From the IMG/VR virus record IMGVR_UViG_3300023082_000009, positions 1-64,000 of that record: DNA of 64,000 bases; one strand, written 5' to 3'. A program made the position numbers and the translations under genes. Below the pieces are notes generated by a model. That model made no database searches and was not told the origin of the DNA. It saw only the letters and a list, made by a program, of their open reading frames with translations. Shown here in pieces: positions 17,211 through 27,019 of this stretch (position 1 is its first letter; the number at the start of each line of letters is the position of its first letter). Source of the DNA: a virus.

Positions 17211-19563
17211 TAAGGCGCAGACACTAGGGTACCGGTACTTCTTCACACTCCAGATGGGGGTGGGTCGAGGCCCGATCAACGAGCTGATCGAGATCCGCGT
17301 GGGTGACAAACTCGCATGGTTCGGCAGCGCTACCTCCAGCGGCAGTATCTACATCGGTGCAGGTAGCCTGTTCGGTGGCGACAAGGGCGAGGGCGGCATC
17401 GAAGGGACCATGGACATCTGCATGGGCGAACCGACCCAGGGCCAGAACAGCATGATGGTCAAGATGCGCGGCGCCCTGCTCTCTGCCTACCGTGGCGTGA
17501 CCACCTTCGTCTATGACGGTCTGGTCTGCTCGATGAACCCGTACCCGAAGCCCTGGCGCTTCCGCGTGCGACGTACCACCGCAGGCTGGGACCGCGCTGG
17601 CGGGTGCTGGTACCCCGAGCGGGCGGACATCTACTACTACGACGACTACACAGCCCTGGAGTCGCCCCAGGTGGCCGTGGGCTACGTCGGCAACCCTGAC
17701 TTCTACACCAAGGAGCAATGGAAGGAGATTTTGAAGTCTCACCAGATCAACATGGCCGAGGAAGTGAACATCCGCCGCCGTACGATCAACGCCATGAACC
17801 CGGCCCACATCCTGGTGGAGATCGCCACCAACCGCGAGTGGGGCCGTGGCATGCCCGATGACCAGATCGACTGGACCTCGTTCAAGCTGGCTGCCGATAC
17901 CCTGTACTGCGAGAAGTTCGGCATCTGCATGCGCTGGAACCGCCAGTCGAGCATCGACGAGGTGGTGGGCGAGATCATCAATACCATCGGCGCGTTCCAG
18001 TACGTTTCCCGCAGCACCGGCAAGCTGACCATCCGCATGGTGCGCAGCGACTACGACGTGGACGCCCTGCCAGTCTTCACCCGGACCTCCGGCATCCTGA
18101 GCATCGAGTCGAACGAGTCCTCCGGCTCCGACGCTGGCTTCAACGAAGTCGTGGTCAAGTGGAAGTCCCCGCTCAACGGCAAGATGGCTTCCGTGCGCTA
18201 CCAGAACCTGGGCAGTGCGATGTCCGACGGCGGTATCAACTCCGAGACCACCGAGTACCTGACCGTGCCCGACCGCAACCTCGCCCTGCGTCTCGCAGCC
18301 CGCGATGTGAAGTCCAGCACCGGGGACATCAGCCGCTTGAAGATCACCTTCGACCGTCGCGGCTGGCCGCTGGAGCCAGGGGTGGTCTTCGTCCTGTCCG
18401 ACCCAGACTCCGGCATCGGCCAAATGGTGATGCGTGTTGTCACCGTAGAGAACGAAGACTACGTGAAGGGCACGATCACCGTGTCTTGCCTGACGGACAT
18501 CTTTGGGCTGCCTGAAACCACGTATGTCGGTGGCCTGCCTCCGGTAGACGGCGGGGACGACACGCCCGAGCCAACCCTGGACGACCAGATGATCGAGATC
18601 CCGTATCGCTCGATCTACCAGAACCTGGACCGTGCCAACTTCGAGATCCTCGACCCAGCCACCGTGGTGATCGGCGGCGTAGCTGCGCGGCCCAACCTTT
18701 TCCACAAAGCGTTCGAGCTGCGGACCCGCGCCGAAGGTGAGCCTGAGTGGGGCGAGGATGCCGAGGGTACCTGGACCGACTGGGCCACCCTGCGTCTGCC
18801 ACTGCGCCCACTCGACACCATCGCCTACCTGAACCCAACCGCTGACTGGGACGATGCCAAGAACGGCGATGTGGCCATGATCGGCAAGGAGCAGGTCAAG
18901 GTGGTCACTATCGACCGCGTGAACATGACCCTGCTGCTGGAGCGCGGCTGCCTGGACACCGTGCCCGACCGCCACAACATCGGCGACCGCTTCTGGTTCT
19001 ACGACACCGGGTCTGCCGTGGTTGAGCGTGAGTTCGTCGCGGGCGAGACCGTCCTCGGCAAGTTCCTGCCCTACACCTCGTCGAACCAGTTGCTTGAGTC
19101 TTACGCGACGATGGAGACGGTGAAAACCGTGGGCCGGTTTGGCTCTCCGTACGTGCCCGGCCTGTTGAAGCTGAACGGCGTGAGCGTGTACGAGACCTAC
19201 GAGCTGACCACCGACACCGAGGTCACCTGGGCGCGCCGTAACCGTGTCACCCAGATGGATACCGTGGTCGACCACACCCAGCCGGACATCCTCCCAGAGG
19301 TCGGCCAGACCGTGAGCATCAAGCTCTTCCGGGCGGACACTGACGCTGTGCTGGCGACCTGGGATACACTGGCCGACACCAGCGCCACCATCAACACAAC
19401 TTACGGCGGCGAAGTGCGCATGGAGGTCTTCTCCGTACGAGACACCTTCGAGAGCTACGACCGCTATAACACCACCTTTGGGTACGACGGCATCCACCTC
19501 GTAATGGTCGACGGCTCGCTGATGCTTACCCAAGAAAACGATTTGATCATTACTCAGGAGTGA
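17197..19563 (+). CDS. Central tail tip / tip attachment protein (J-like)
   Basis: MGGGSKAQTLGYRY start; MNPYPKPW and MNPAHIL motifs. Confidence 0.85.
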   Translation: MGGGSKAQTLGYRYFFTLQMGVGRGPINELIEIRVGDKLAWFGSATSSGSIYIGAGSLFGGDKGEGGIEGTMDICMGEPTQGQNSMMVKMRGALLSAYRGVTTFVYDGLVCSMNPYPKPWRFRVRRTTAGWDRAGGCWYPERADIYYYDDYTALESPQVAVGYVGNPDFYTKEQWKEILKSHQINMAEEVNIRRRTINAMNPAHILVEIATNREWGRGMPDDQIDWTSFKLAADTLYCEKFGICMRWNRQSSIDEVVGEIINTIGAFQYVSRSTGKLTIRMVRSDYDVDALPVFTRTSGILSIESNESSGSDAGFNEVVVKWKSPLNGKMASVRYQNLGSAMSDGGINSETTEYLTVPDRNLALRLAARDVKSSTGDISRLKITFDRRGWPLEPGVVFVLSDPDSGIGQMVMRVVTVENEDYVKGTITVSCLTDIFGLPETTYVGGLPPVDGGDDTPEPTLDDQMIEIPYRSIYQNLDRANFEILDPATVVIGGVAARPNLFHKAFELRTRAEGEPEWGEDAEGTWTDWATLRLPLRPLDTIAYLNPTADWDDAKNGDVAMIGKEQVKVVTIDRVNMTLLLERGCLDTVPDRHNIGDRFWFYDTGSAVVEREFVAGETVLGKFLPYTSSNQLLESYATMETVKTVGRFGSPYVPGLLKLNGVSVYETYELTTDTEVTWARRNRVTQMDTVVDHTQPDILPEVGQTVSIKLFRADTDAVLATWDTLADTSATINTTYGGEVRMEVFSVRDTFESYDRYNTTFGYDGIHLVMVDGSLMLTQENDLIITQE

Positions 19564-19568
19564 CACCC

Positions 19569-20507
19569 ATGGCTGGCAAGCGCATTAACGATCCGTCCCT
19601 TCCACGGGCCACGCAGATCAAAGACGACGACGTGTTCTACCTGATCCAGGACGGCCAGGACTTCGCGATCACAGGTGAGGTGCTGCGAGCTACCCTGGCG
19701 GTGCTCACCAACCCGATGACCACCAAGGGCGACTTGATCGCCGGGGGCGTAGACGGTGTGCCAGCCCGCTTCGCCATTGGCGCCACCGGCAAGTTCCTGA
19801 GCGTGGACGTGGACGGCAATCTGTCCTGGGTGGATCGCCCTGGCAGCAGCTCCGGCACCGGCCTCATCAACCCCATGACTGCGCAGAACGACTTGATCGT
19901 GGGCGGCACTGACGGTGAGGCGATTCGCCTGGAGGCGGGAGCTGCTGGCCAGTACCTCACCATCGACGGCGGCGTTCTGGTCTGGAAGGATCTGCCCGCT
20001 CACGAGGGCGAGCTGTCGAACCCCATGACCGAGATCGCTGACCTGATCGTCGGCGGCGCTGCGGGCGCCCCTACTCGCCTGGAGAAGGGTAACGACGGCG
20101 ACACCTTGAAGATGGTGGGCGGGGTCATCCAATGGGTGACCGTGGGCAGTGCCCGTGCCGTGGTCCGAAGCGTCACTCAGGCGGGCGGCACCTCGGACGG
20201 TACCCTGAACATCACCAAGCTGGACGATGGCAAGTACCTGCGTATCCAGACCCACTTCGTCGGCGCAGACGTATGGAACTTCGACCTCACCGTACAGAGC
20301 CAAGCGAACACCGAGTGGCTGGCAGATGCCGAAGTCACCATCGAGCAGGCGGGCGACAGTATCATCACCATCGTGGGTGCGCCCGGCGTAACGATCAACA
20401 AGATGGTCTCGTTCTCGAACCGTACCCGAGGCAAGTATGCGGTTATCACCTTGAAGCGGGTTGACCAAAACGTCTGGACTCTGTTCGGCCAGCTGGAGAC
20501 GCCATAA
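19569..20507 (+). CDS. Tail fibre protein with three internal repeats
   Basis: Three NPMT-x3-DLI-x-GG...W repeats of about 45 aa. Confidence 0.7.
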   Translation: MAGKRINDPSLPRATQIKDDDVFYLIQDGQDFAITGEVLRATLAVLTNPMTTKGDLIAGGVDGVPARFAIGATGKFLSVDVDGNLSWVDRPGSSSGTGLINPMTAQNDLIVGGTDGEAIRLEAGAAGQYLTIDGGVLVWKDLPAHEGELSNPMTEIADLIVGGAAGAPTRLEKGNDGDTLKMVGGVIQWVTVGSARAVVRSVTQAGGTSDGTLNITKLDDGKYLRIQTHFVGADVWNFDLTVQSQANTEWLADAEVTIEQAGDSIITIVGAPGVTINKMVSFSNRTRGKYAVITLKRVDQNVWTLFGQLETP

Positions 20508-21775
20508 TGATCATCGGAGTTAGTGCCGCCCAGGGCGGTGGCTTCAAGCGCGCCCAGTTCAAACAGATCTCCGCAGCAGCGAGCCCTTCGTTCAACACCA
20601 AGAAGCTGGGCGTGCGCTTCGGCGCCAAGGGTGAGGAGGCGGGAGACTTGGCCGTGATCGCCGTCACCCACCGGAGCAACCTTACTCCGCCAGACGGCCT
20701 GACCTTGTTGAGCCACCAGCGCATCACCGACGCCACCGGCATCGTGCAGAGCTTGAGCCTGTTCTACATCAAGCTGGCTACCGGTGACCTCGGGCGGCCC
20801 CTGGACTTCACCCAGGTGCTGGAGAAGCGGATGTCCCTGGCCTACACGGTTCAACGCCCTGGGAATATCACGTCTGCGCTCACCGTGGTGGCGTTTGCCG
20901 AGCAAGCCGAGACCGACACACCCGCACCATGGTCTGCGGCGCCTGTGACCGGCACGCACTACGGACAATTGGTAGTCCAGGCCCAGGCTCGCGTTGCTGC
21001 CACCGACACCGACATGTACTTGGTCCCGAACTACATGGTCCAGGCAGGCGACCCCAAGGGTTCGCGGCTGACCCTGGGCTCCAGGACTATCAACGACAAC
21101 CTGACCCAGGCGGGCGAGTTCACCCTGGATAACCCAGGCTACGACGTGACCAGTACCCTGTCCGCTAGCGTCATCTTCTCGGTGCAGGTATACGGCCCTC
21201 CGCAGAACATCACACTTTCCAGCGCAGGCAACGGCAGCACCAGCGACTTGACCCAGGCCAACCGCTTCTGGCGGGTACGCCCCGACGCAGGAGCTACGTT
21301 GTGGCACAAGGTGAAAGGCTCACCTACCAAGATCCCTAAAGCCGGTCTGTTCTTCGAGATGAAGATCGAGGAAGGCCCAGCGGCGGGCGGCCCTCGCGTG
21401 TGGGGCTTCGGGTTCTGCCGGGACCGCATGCCGTCTACCTCCGTCACCGACGGGCCAGATAACGTCGACTGCTTCATGTGGATGAACGACGGCACCGTGG
21501 TTGACAAGGCTGGGGCCTTCCCTTGGCCGTATGTACCCAAGACCGTGCCGTGGGGCGTAGGCGACACGGTGGGCATGATGCTAGGGGAGTGGAGCTACGG
21601 CGAGAACCCCCTGACCCGCCTGTACATCAACGGTGAGTTCGCGGGCGAGTTCAGGACAAGCGGCTTCACCTCCGAACAGCATCAACCTATCGTCATGAAG
21701 CTGGGGCCGGACGGAGCGATCCGTAGCCCTGACCGTGTGATCCGACTCCCTGATGGCTGTACCGTCTGGAACTGA
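20507..21775 (+). CDS. Putative receptor-binding/tail protein with SPRY/ConA-like C-terminal domain
   Basis: FFEMKI...WGFGFC...GDTVGMML...LYING pattern. Confidence 0.55.
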   Translation: MIIGVSAAQGGGFKRAQFKQISAAASPSFNTKKLGVRFGAKGEEAGDLAVIAVTHRSNLTPPDGLTLLSHQRITDATGIVQSLSLFYIKLATGDLGRPLDFTQVLEKRMSLAYTVQRPGNITSALTVVAFAEQAETDTPAPWSAAPVTGTHYGQLVVQAQARVAATDTDMYLVPNYMVQAGDPKGSRLTLGSRTINDNLTQAGEFTLDNPGYDVTSTLSASVIFSVQVYGPPQNITLSSAGNGSTSDLTQANRFWRVRPDAGATLWHKVKGSPTKIPKAGLFFEMKIEEGPAAGGPRVWGFGFCRDRMPSTSVTDGPDNVDCFMWMNDGTVVDKAGAFPWPYVPKTVPWGVGDTVGMMLGEWSYGENPLTRLYINGEFAGEFRTSGFTSEQHQPIVMKLGPDGAIRSPDRVIRLPDGCTVWN

Positions 21776-21790
21776 ATAGTGATAACCTTC

Positions 21791-21806
21791 GTGCAATCAA
21801 TTGCAC
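21791..21806. repeat. Dispersed palindrome copy (intergenic)
   Basis: GTGCAATCAATTGCAC. Confidence 0.9.
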
Positions 21807-21830
21807 CGGCCCAGTTTTAAGGAGAACGAC

Positions 21831-22559
21831 ATGCCCGACGAAAAAGCGCGGCTGATCAACAGCGGACTGAGGTTCGGCTGGATCGACAACGAAGACGACT
21901 GGAACCACACGGGCGTCGACCTGAACTGGCAGTGGATTGACGCGCTGATGGCCCGCACTGTGCTGGACATCCGCGCCTTGCCCATCTCCGGCCTCACCCC
22001 TGGCATGCTGTACATCGAAGGCCAGATCGAGAGCACCACCAACATCAAGCTGGCACTGCGGGTGGTCGACCTGAGCGAGACGGGCGTAGCTACCGAACGC
22101 TGGGACTACCTCACCCCGGTGGCGGGTATGGAGTTCCATTGCTTGGCCAAGAACACCAAGCTGCGCTTCGACGGCAGCAAGTGGGTCACAGCTCAGCCGA
22201 TCTCGATCTCGTTCTTTGCGGGCGGTCTCCTGGAAGCCGAGCAGGTCATCGCGAAGTGGTTTGCGCCGGTACCCTTCGACTTCACCGTCAAGACAGTGGG
22301 CGGCGTAACCTCCCTGCCCAACTGCTACGCCAGCTGCCAGACCGAGACCACCGGAGCGGTGACCATCTCGATCCGACGCAATAACCTGAGCATCGGCAAC
22401 ATCAAGTTCGTGGCCGGTAGCACCGCAGGCACCTTCGAGTTTCTCGCCAACGCGGCCTTCGCGCCGGGCGACGATCTGTCCTTCATTGCACCGGCAGAGG
22501 CAGACGAAACCATGTCCGGCCTTTCCGTCACCATGCTGGGTAACAGGAGAACAGTATGA
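21831..22559 (+). CDS. Tail fibre-associated protein (DUF2793-like)
   Basis: GLRFGW...GVDLNWQWID N-terminus; strong RBS. Confidence 0.6.
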   Translation: MPDEKARLINSGLRFGWIDNEDDWNHTGVDLNWQWIDALMARTVLDIRALPISGLTPGMLYIEGQIESTTNIKLALRVVDLSETGVATERWDYLTPVAGMEFHCLAKNTKLRFDGSKWVTAQPISISFFAGGLLEAEQVIAKWFAPVPFDFTVKTVGGVTSLPNCYASCQTETTGAVTISIRRNNLSIGNIKFVAGSTAGTFEFLANAAFAPGDDLSFIAPAEADETMSGLSVTMLGNRRTV

Positions 22560-25192
22560 CCATTTACTACGTGGACCCAGAGAGCGGCAACGACGCTAAC
22601 GACGGCCTGTCCTTCGCCACCCGCTGGAAGACCCTCAAGGGGCTGCGCCTCACCACTTATGCTGCGGGCGATGAGATCCGCTTCAAGGCCAGCAAGCCCT
22701 CCTACTCGCTGGGCGGCGCGCAGTGGGTGGACAATCAGGCTTACTTCACCCTCGACGACCCGAGCGGGTTTGTCATGGTGGACAACTGCGAAAGCGGGTG
22801 GTCGGTAGTCTCCCCGAACCTGCTGGACTACCTGAACCCAGCCACCGGCAAGGACAGCTTCATGGATGCAGGTGTCATGTTGCGGATCGTGCCCGCGAAC
22901 TTCACCGGCAAGCTGGCGTACAAGACCCTGCCCGCCCCTCTGGACCTGTCGGGCTTCACCCACATCTCCATGCTGATGAACAACGGACAGAACTGGCCTT
23001 TCGGGATGGCCCTGACGCTGTGCTCCGACACCGTGGGCAACGTTCCTATCGTGACCCTCGCCATCGAGCAGTTCCGCAGCTACAAGTTCCCTGCCTTGCT
23101 CACCAACGGCGGCGCTGCCCTGCCCTCGGGCGTGCAGTCGATTGCGTTGCATGTTACAGAGGCCCGGCCCGACACGTTCAACATCGTGATCCTGGACAAC
23201 ATCATTGCCTGCAAGGCTCCTACTGATCCTAAGCACGTCTCGCACAGCATCCTCGTGTCGCGGATGACCGAGACTGAGCCTGAGTGGATGCCGGTGCGTG
23301 GCTTCAAGGCCCCTGGTCGGGTGTATATCGGTGGCTGCCGTGGCGCTGATGACCCTATCGCGTGGCCGAACTGGCGTGGCCCTGCGGGCTCCTCGGAAGC
23401 CTTCGCAATGCAGCCCACCAAGCTGCGCTTCTGGCGCCGATACGAGAACGACGTGGCCCCTGGCAGCAACGAGTACGACTTCACGGGCGGCTGGAGCCGT
23501 ACCGACATGAGCGTGCAGGACGGAGTGACTTGGCTTCATGGCGAGCACTCGCGCATGCTCAACGGCGGGCAAGGTTCGGCCAACCCGGATCTGCCTTCTG
23601 CGGCGGATCGCCAGCAGCAGATCTTCAACCCAGTCAACGACGTGGGCAACGTGTACGTCTGGAAGCGCTGGACGTTCAAGAACTTCGGGCTGGCGGAGTT
23701 CTACAACTCCCCGTTCAACTACGAGTCCCAGTACTTCCTGAGCCAGGACATCCAGCTCGAAGGCATGGCCGGGGTGCGGCGCGGGTTCGGACCTCACGGA
23801 CCCTACTCGCACTTCGACCTGGGCAACGTGGCGTTCTGCACTAGTGGCCCCTTCTACGAATTCCAGGTGCCGACCCAACCACTCGCCCCCACCATCCTTG
23901 CAGGCATCCAGCACTTCGGCCCGAGCGAGTACGTGGCCAACCGAGTGGTAGGTAGCGACAGGGTTTGGCTGCCTCCGCAGGGCTTCGGGGTGGAGAACGT
24001 CTACGCCGTGAAAGAGATCCAGAACTGCAACTACGGCCTGGACACCACCACGCAGTCGGCGTACCGCGAGTTCGGCTACGGTAAGATCTCCGGCACGTCT
24101 TTCCGGTGGTGCCAGTACGGCGACGTTATCGCCTCCACCAACGTGCACATGGAAAACTGCAAGTTCCTGGACTCGGACACCGGCCTGCCGACCCGTAACC
24201 CCTTCATCGCTTGGGGCTACCGCCGACTCGCCCAGGTCCGTCTCGATAGCGTCAACGGCAAGTCCTGGGACACCCGCACCTACGTACAGGGCGGGCAGAG
24301 CGCCCGCGTCATGGAAGGGCAGGGACGAGCGCCCAACAAACGAGCCCTCGTACTGGAGCCTGCCATCGAGCAGAACGTCGGCACACGGTTGCAGCCTTTC
24401 ATGCGCGAACGCATCGCCTTGGTAGTGGCAAGAGCCGGAGTTCCCACCGTCGTAAGCGCCTACCTCAAGCAGGCAGCGTCCATCGAAGGGGCGCCGTTTA
24501 TCCTGCCGCAGTTCGTGCGCATCGCAACCGTGGCCGGTCTGGTCAAAGGGGTGGGCCGCCACATGGCCACGGGCATCCAGCGCAAGAACGTATGGGGCCG
24601 GGTGGTCCTGGAGTTCACCGCCGAGGAGGACGCCCTGGTACCGATCTACCTGGAGACCGACACGTACACCGCGTGGGGCACCGAGTGTGGCCTGGACGAC
24701 AGTGGGCTGCCTCCTGATCCGTACTTCCCTAAGCCACCACCAGTGAAGACCGACTCGTTCACCTTCGTAGCGTTCTACGAGAACATCATGGGCGTCCTGG
24801 ACTCTTACGAGGCAGGTACCCAGGAAGCAGAAGACGCCATGGCCGCAGGCATCGGCGTACCGTTCCCTGGGATGACCGATGGCACGATCCTGGACATGTC
24901 GTTGGGTAACATCATCGGGGTGGCGCTGATCCCGCAGGAGGGTACGGTGCAGGCTTACGGGGTCTTCAAGCCCGGCTACCAGAACGACGGTGGGTTCCAG
25001 AACTGCTACATCGTCCTCAAGAACGGGGCGGGCGACATCATCGCGCAGCCTGAGCCTAACTTCGCCAACGTAACCGCCATCCCGTCGATGCCCGGCTACG
25101 CCTACTTTGCATTCCTGGGCGGCGTGTCCTCGGAGCCTCTGGCTGCGGGCAACACCTACACCCTGGAAGTCTGGAGAGGAGAGCCTGACTAA
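22556..25192 (+). CDS. Tail spike / receptor-binding protein
   Basis: YYVDPESGNDANDGLSFATRWKT N-terminus, typical of beta-helix proteins; 878 aa. Confidence 0.65.
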   Translation: MTIYYVDPESGNDANDGLSFATRWKTLKGLRLTTYAAGDEIRFKASKPSYSLGGAQWVDNQAYFTLDDPSGFVMVDNCESGWSVVSPNLLDYLNPATGKDSFMDAGVMLRIVPANFTGKLAYKTLPAPLDLSGFTHISMLMNNGQNWPFGMALTLCSDTVGNVPIVTLAIEQFRSYKFPALLTNGGAALPSGVQSIALHVTEARPDTFNIVILDNIIACKAPTDPKHVSHSILVSRMTETEPEWMPVRGFKAPGRVYIGGCRGADDPIAWPNWRGPAGSSEAFAMQPTKLRFWRRYENDVAPGSNEYDFTGGWSRTDMSVQDGVTWLHGEHSRMLNGGQGSANPDLPSAADRQQQIFNPVNDVGNVYVWKRWTFKNFGLAEFYNSPFNYESQYFLSQDIQLEGMAGVRRGFGPHGPYSHFDLGNVAFCTSGPFYEFQVPTQPLAPTILAGIQHFGPSEYVANRVVGSDRVWLPPQGFGVENVYAVKEIQNCNYGLDTTTQSAYREFGYGKISGTSFRWCQYGDVIASTNVHMENCKFLDSDTGLPTRNPFIAWGYRRLAQVRLDSVNGKSWDTRTYVQGGQSARVMEGQGRAPNKRALVLEPAIEQNVGTRLQPFMRERIALVVARAGVPTVVSAYLKQAASIEGAPFILPQFVRIATVAGLVKGVGRHMATGIQRKNVWGRVVLEFTAEEDALVPIYLETDTYTAWGTECGLDDSGLPPDPYFPKPPPVKTDSFTFVAFYENIMGVLDSYEAGTQEAEDAMAAGIGVPFPGMTDGTILDMSLGNIIGVALIPQEGTVQAYGVFKPGYQNDGGFQNCYIVLKNGAGDIIAQPEPNFANVTAIPSMPGYAYFAFLGGVSSEPLAAGNTYTLEVWRGEPD

Positions 25193-25416
25193 TGGCTAAG
25201 GACAAGTTGGACGACGCGGACTACGCGAACATGCGCAACATGGAGTTCAGCCAGGACGGCTCCACGTACGCGCCCCACGCCTTGGACGGGATCGACGACC
25301 CGCACACGGACTTCGGCCTGAGAGGCAAATCTGTCTCGATCTACCAGCCGCCAGGGGGCGGTCCTGGCCCCGGAGGAAGCGGTACCGGAACCGTAATCTT
25401 CACAGTGATCTACTAG
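25192..25416 (+). CDS. Small hypothetical tail-module protein
   Basis: GAGGAG RBS, TAATG coupling, ends at a terminator. Confidence 0.6.
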   Translation: MAKDKLDDADYANMRNMEFSQDGSTYAPHALDGIDDPHTDFGLRGKSVSIYQPPGGGPGPGGSGTGTVIFTVIY

Positions 25417-25435
25417 CCCGCGAAAGCGGGCTTTT
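25415..25435 (+). terminator. Rho-independent terminator ending the tail operon
   Basis: AGCCCGC-GAAA-GCGGGCT-TTT. Confidence 0.75.
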
Positions 25436-25458
25436 CATTGGCCCTCGCCGGGTTTGTG

Positions 25459-25487
25459 TTGCCCACGCTTTACAGCGCTGCTAATCT
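25459..25487 (+). promoter_or_regulatory. Putative sigma70 promoter of the lysis cassette
   Basis: TTGCCC-N17-TAATCT with extended -10 TG. Confidence 0.45.
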
Positions 25488-25506
25488 GCCATCACTGCGA
25501 ACACCG

Positions 25507-25522
25507 ATGCAATTGATTGCAC
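25507..25522. repeat. Dispersed palindrome copy (intergenic, reverse)
   Basis: ATGCAATTGATTGCAC. Confidence 0.9.
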
Positions 25523-25541
25523 TGACAAAGGAGTTGCCGTC

Positions 25542-26144
25542 ATGAAATACAAACGCTGGGCAGCCTGGGCATTGGTCCTCGCTTTTCTGAACCTGGGGGT
25601 GCTGGCCTGCATCTACAGTTTCACCTCCATCGGGGAGGACCGCGCATCCGCTCAGAAGATCGGGCGCCTGATCTCGACCTACGCTGAACCAGAGGCCAAT
25701 CCCGTTTTCCTGGTACGCGCCGAGGACCGTTGCAGGTTCTACAGCGAGGCCTATTGCGCATCGGCTCGGGCGCAGCGACGTGGCATCACCCCCGGCCTGT
25801 ACACGAACCCCATCAAGCTCGACGTGAGCCCAGAGTCCGCCCTCTTCTACACCGCTTATGTGGATGCCCGAGCCCGCCTCATCCGCGCCACGGCTTCCTA
25901 CGTTGTCTTCCTCGACACCAAGCCCGCCAACCCTGAATACCTCAAGCAGTCGATCTCCTTTGAAGAGGAGTCCGGCGTGCTGGTCGGCACCATCGTTTCC
26001 AATCTGTACGCCCTCCAAGAAGAAGCACTACGTGACACAGATCACAGGAGCAACTGGGCGTATGTGGTAGGGTTTCTTGCCAACTTGCTTGTATTGATCT
26101 TTGTGGCCTATGCCACCAGGAGACACGCACCAAAGGGGAGTTAA
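25542..26144 (+). CDS. Membrane protein (two terminal TM helices) in lysis region
   Basis: Hydrophobic N- and C-terminal segments; AAGGAG RBS. Confidence 0.65.
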   Translation: MKYKRWAAWALVLAFLNLGVLACIYSFTSIGEDRASAQKIGRLISTYAEPEANPVFLVRAEDRCRFYSEAYCASARAQRRGITPGLYTNPIKLDVSPESALFYTAYVDARARLIRATASYVVFLDTKPANPEYLKQSISFEEESGVLVGTIVSNLYALQEEALRDTDHRSNWAYVVGFLANLLVLIFVAYATRRHAPKGS

Positions 26145-26148
26145 GGCT

Positions 26149-26487
26149 ATGACCGCAGCAACGGATGTACTGAGCCTTCCCCTTTCGACGTACGCCTGGA
26201 TCATTGGCATTGCGATCATGGGCGGGCTCGTCGGATACATGAACAAAACGAGTGATTACACGGTCAAGGATATTGTGAAGTCGACACTCACCAGCGCCTT
26301 GACCGGCTTCTTAGCATTCTGCGCCTGCTTTGAAGGTGGATTGTCCATGGGATGGACGTTGTTTGCAGTCGGCGTAGCGGGCCTCATGGGCAAACGTGCC
26401 TGGGAGGATATGGAGAACATCCTGAGAATCCGTGCCGGGCTTCCGCCAGCGGCGCCACAACCCAAAGATCCAAGTGAGGCAGAATGA
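26149..26487 (+). CDS. Holin
   Basis: Three hydrophobic segments, GGLVGY and GVAGLMG motifs; upstream of endolysin. Confidence 0.75.
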   Translation: MTAATDVLSLPLSTYAWIIGIAIMGGLVGYMNKTSDYTVKDIVKSTLTSALTGFLAFCACFEGGLSMGWTLFAVGVAGLMGKRAWEDMENILRIRAGLPPAAPQPKDPSEAE

Positions 26488-26966
26488 TGAACAGGGTCAA
26501 GAGATACGCAAACAGCGCGTGGAGTGCGACCTGCATGGCCACCTTCTTCGGACTACTTGCCGCGACGGTCTACTGGGCTGTCCTTCAACGTCCGCCACTC
26601 ACCTACAACACCGAGGGCCTCCTCACCACCTACCATGTAACCCGTGGTTCTACGGCTTACCTGGAGAACCCGTTGTACCCTCCTGACACATCCTTGAAGG
26701 TCACGATTAATCCAAGGATCACGGGGCACGACGAGGTGGGAGGCACGTACCGTCTGGGTTCGGTGGACACGAGCGACGGGTTCCGCCCAAGCGTCACCGA
26801 GGCCCGTCTTTCGTACGTTCGCCCAGGCTACCCAGTCTACGGGCTGTTCATCCCCTCCTATGTGAAGCCGGGGGTGTACACGTACCGGGCAACCGCCACC
26901 TACAGACTCAACCTCTTCCGCACTGCCAAGCTGGACATGCCGGAGTTCACGGTAGTAGTGGAGTAA
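26484..26966 (+). CDS. Membrane-anchored lysis-cassette protein
   Basis: Single N-terminal TM helix then a beta-rich domain; between holin and endolysin. Confidence 0.6.
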   Translation: MMNRVKRYANSAWSATCMATFFGLLAATVYWAVLQRPPLTYNTEGLLTTYHVTRGSTAYLENPLYPPDTSLKVTINPRITGHDEVGGTYRLGSVDTSDGFRPSVTEARLSYVRPGYPVYGLFIPSYVKPGVYTYRATATYRLNLFRTAKLDMPEFTVVVE

Positions 26967-26970
26967 CACG

Positions 26971-26993
26971 AAGCCCGCCGAGTTGCGGGCTTT
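26971..26993 (+). terminator. Terminator-like hairpin before endolysin
   Basis: AAGCCCGC-CGAGTT-GCGGGCTTT; short U-tract runs into the palindrome. Confidence 0.5.
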
Positions 26994-27007
26994 GCAATTG
27001 ATTGCAT
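26992..27007. repeat. Dispersed palindrome copy (intergenic, reverse)
   Basis: TTGCAATTGATTGCAT. Confidence 0.9.
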
Positions 27008-27019
27008 GGGAGAGAAAGC

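Noticed and set aside
7943-19566. Very long minus-strand ORFs (for example 7943-10465, 13293-15419, 17224-19566; also 22325-24562 and 42668-45088)
   Set aside because: Antisense shadows of real + strand genes in GC-rich, codon-biased DNA; no recognisable motifs.
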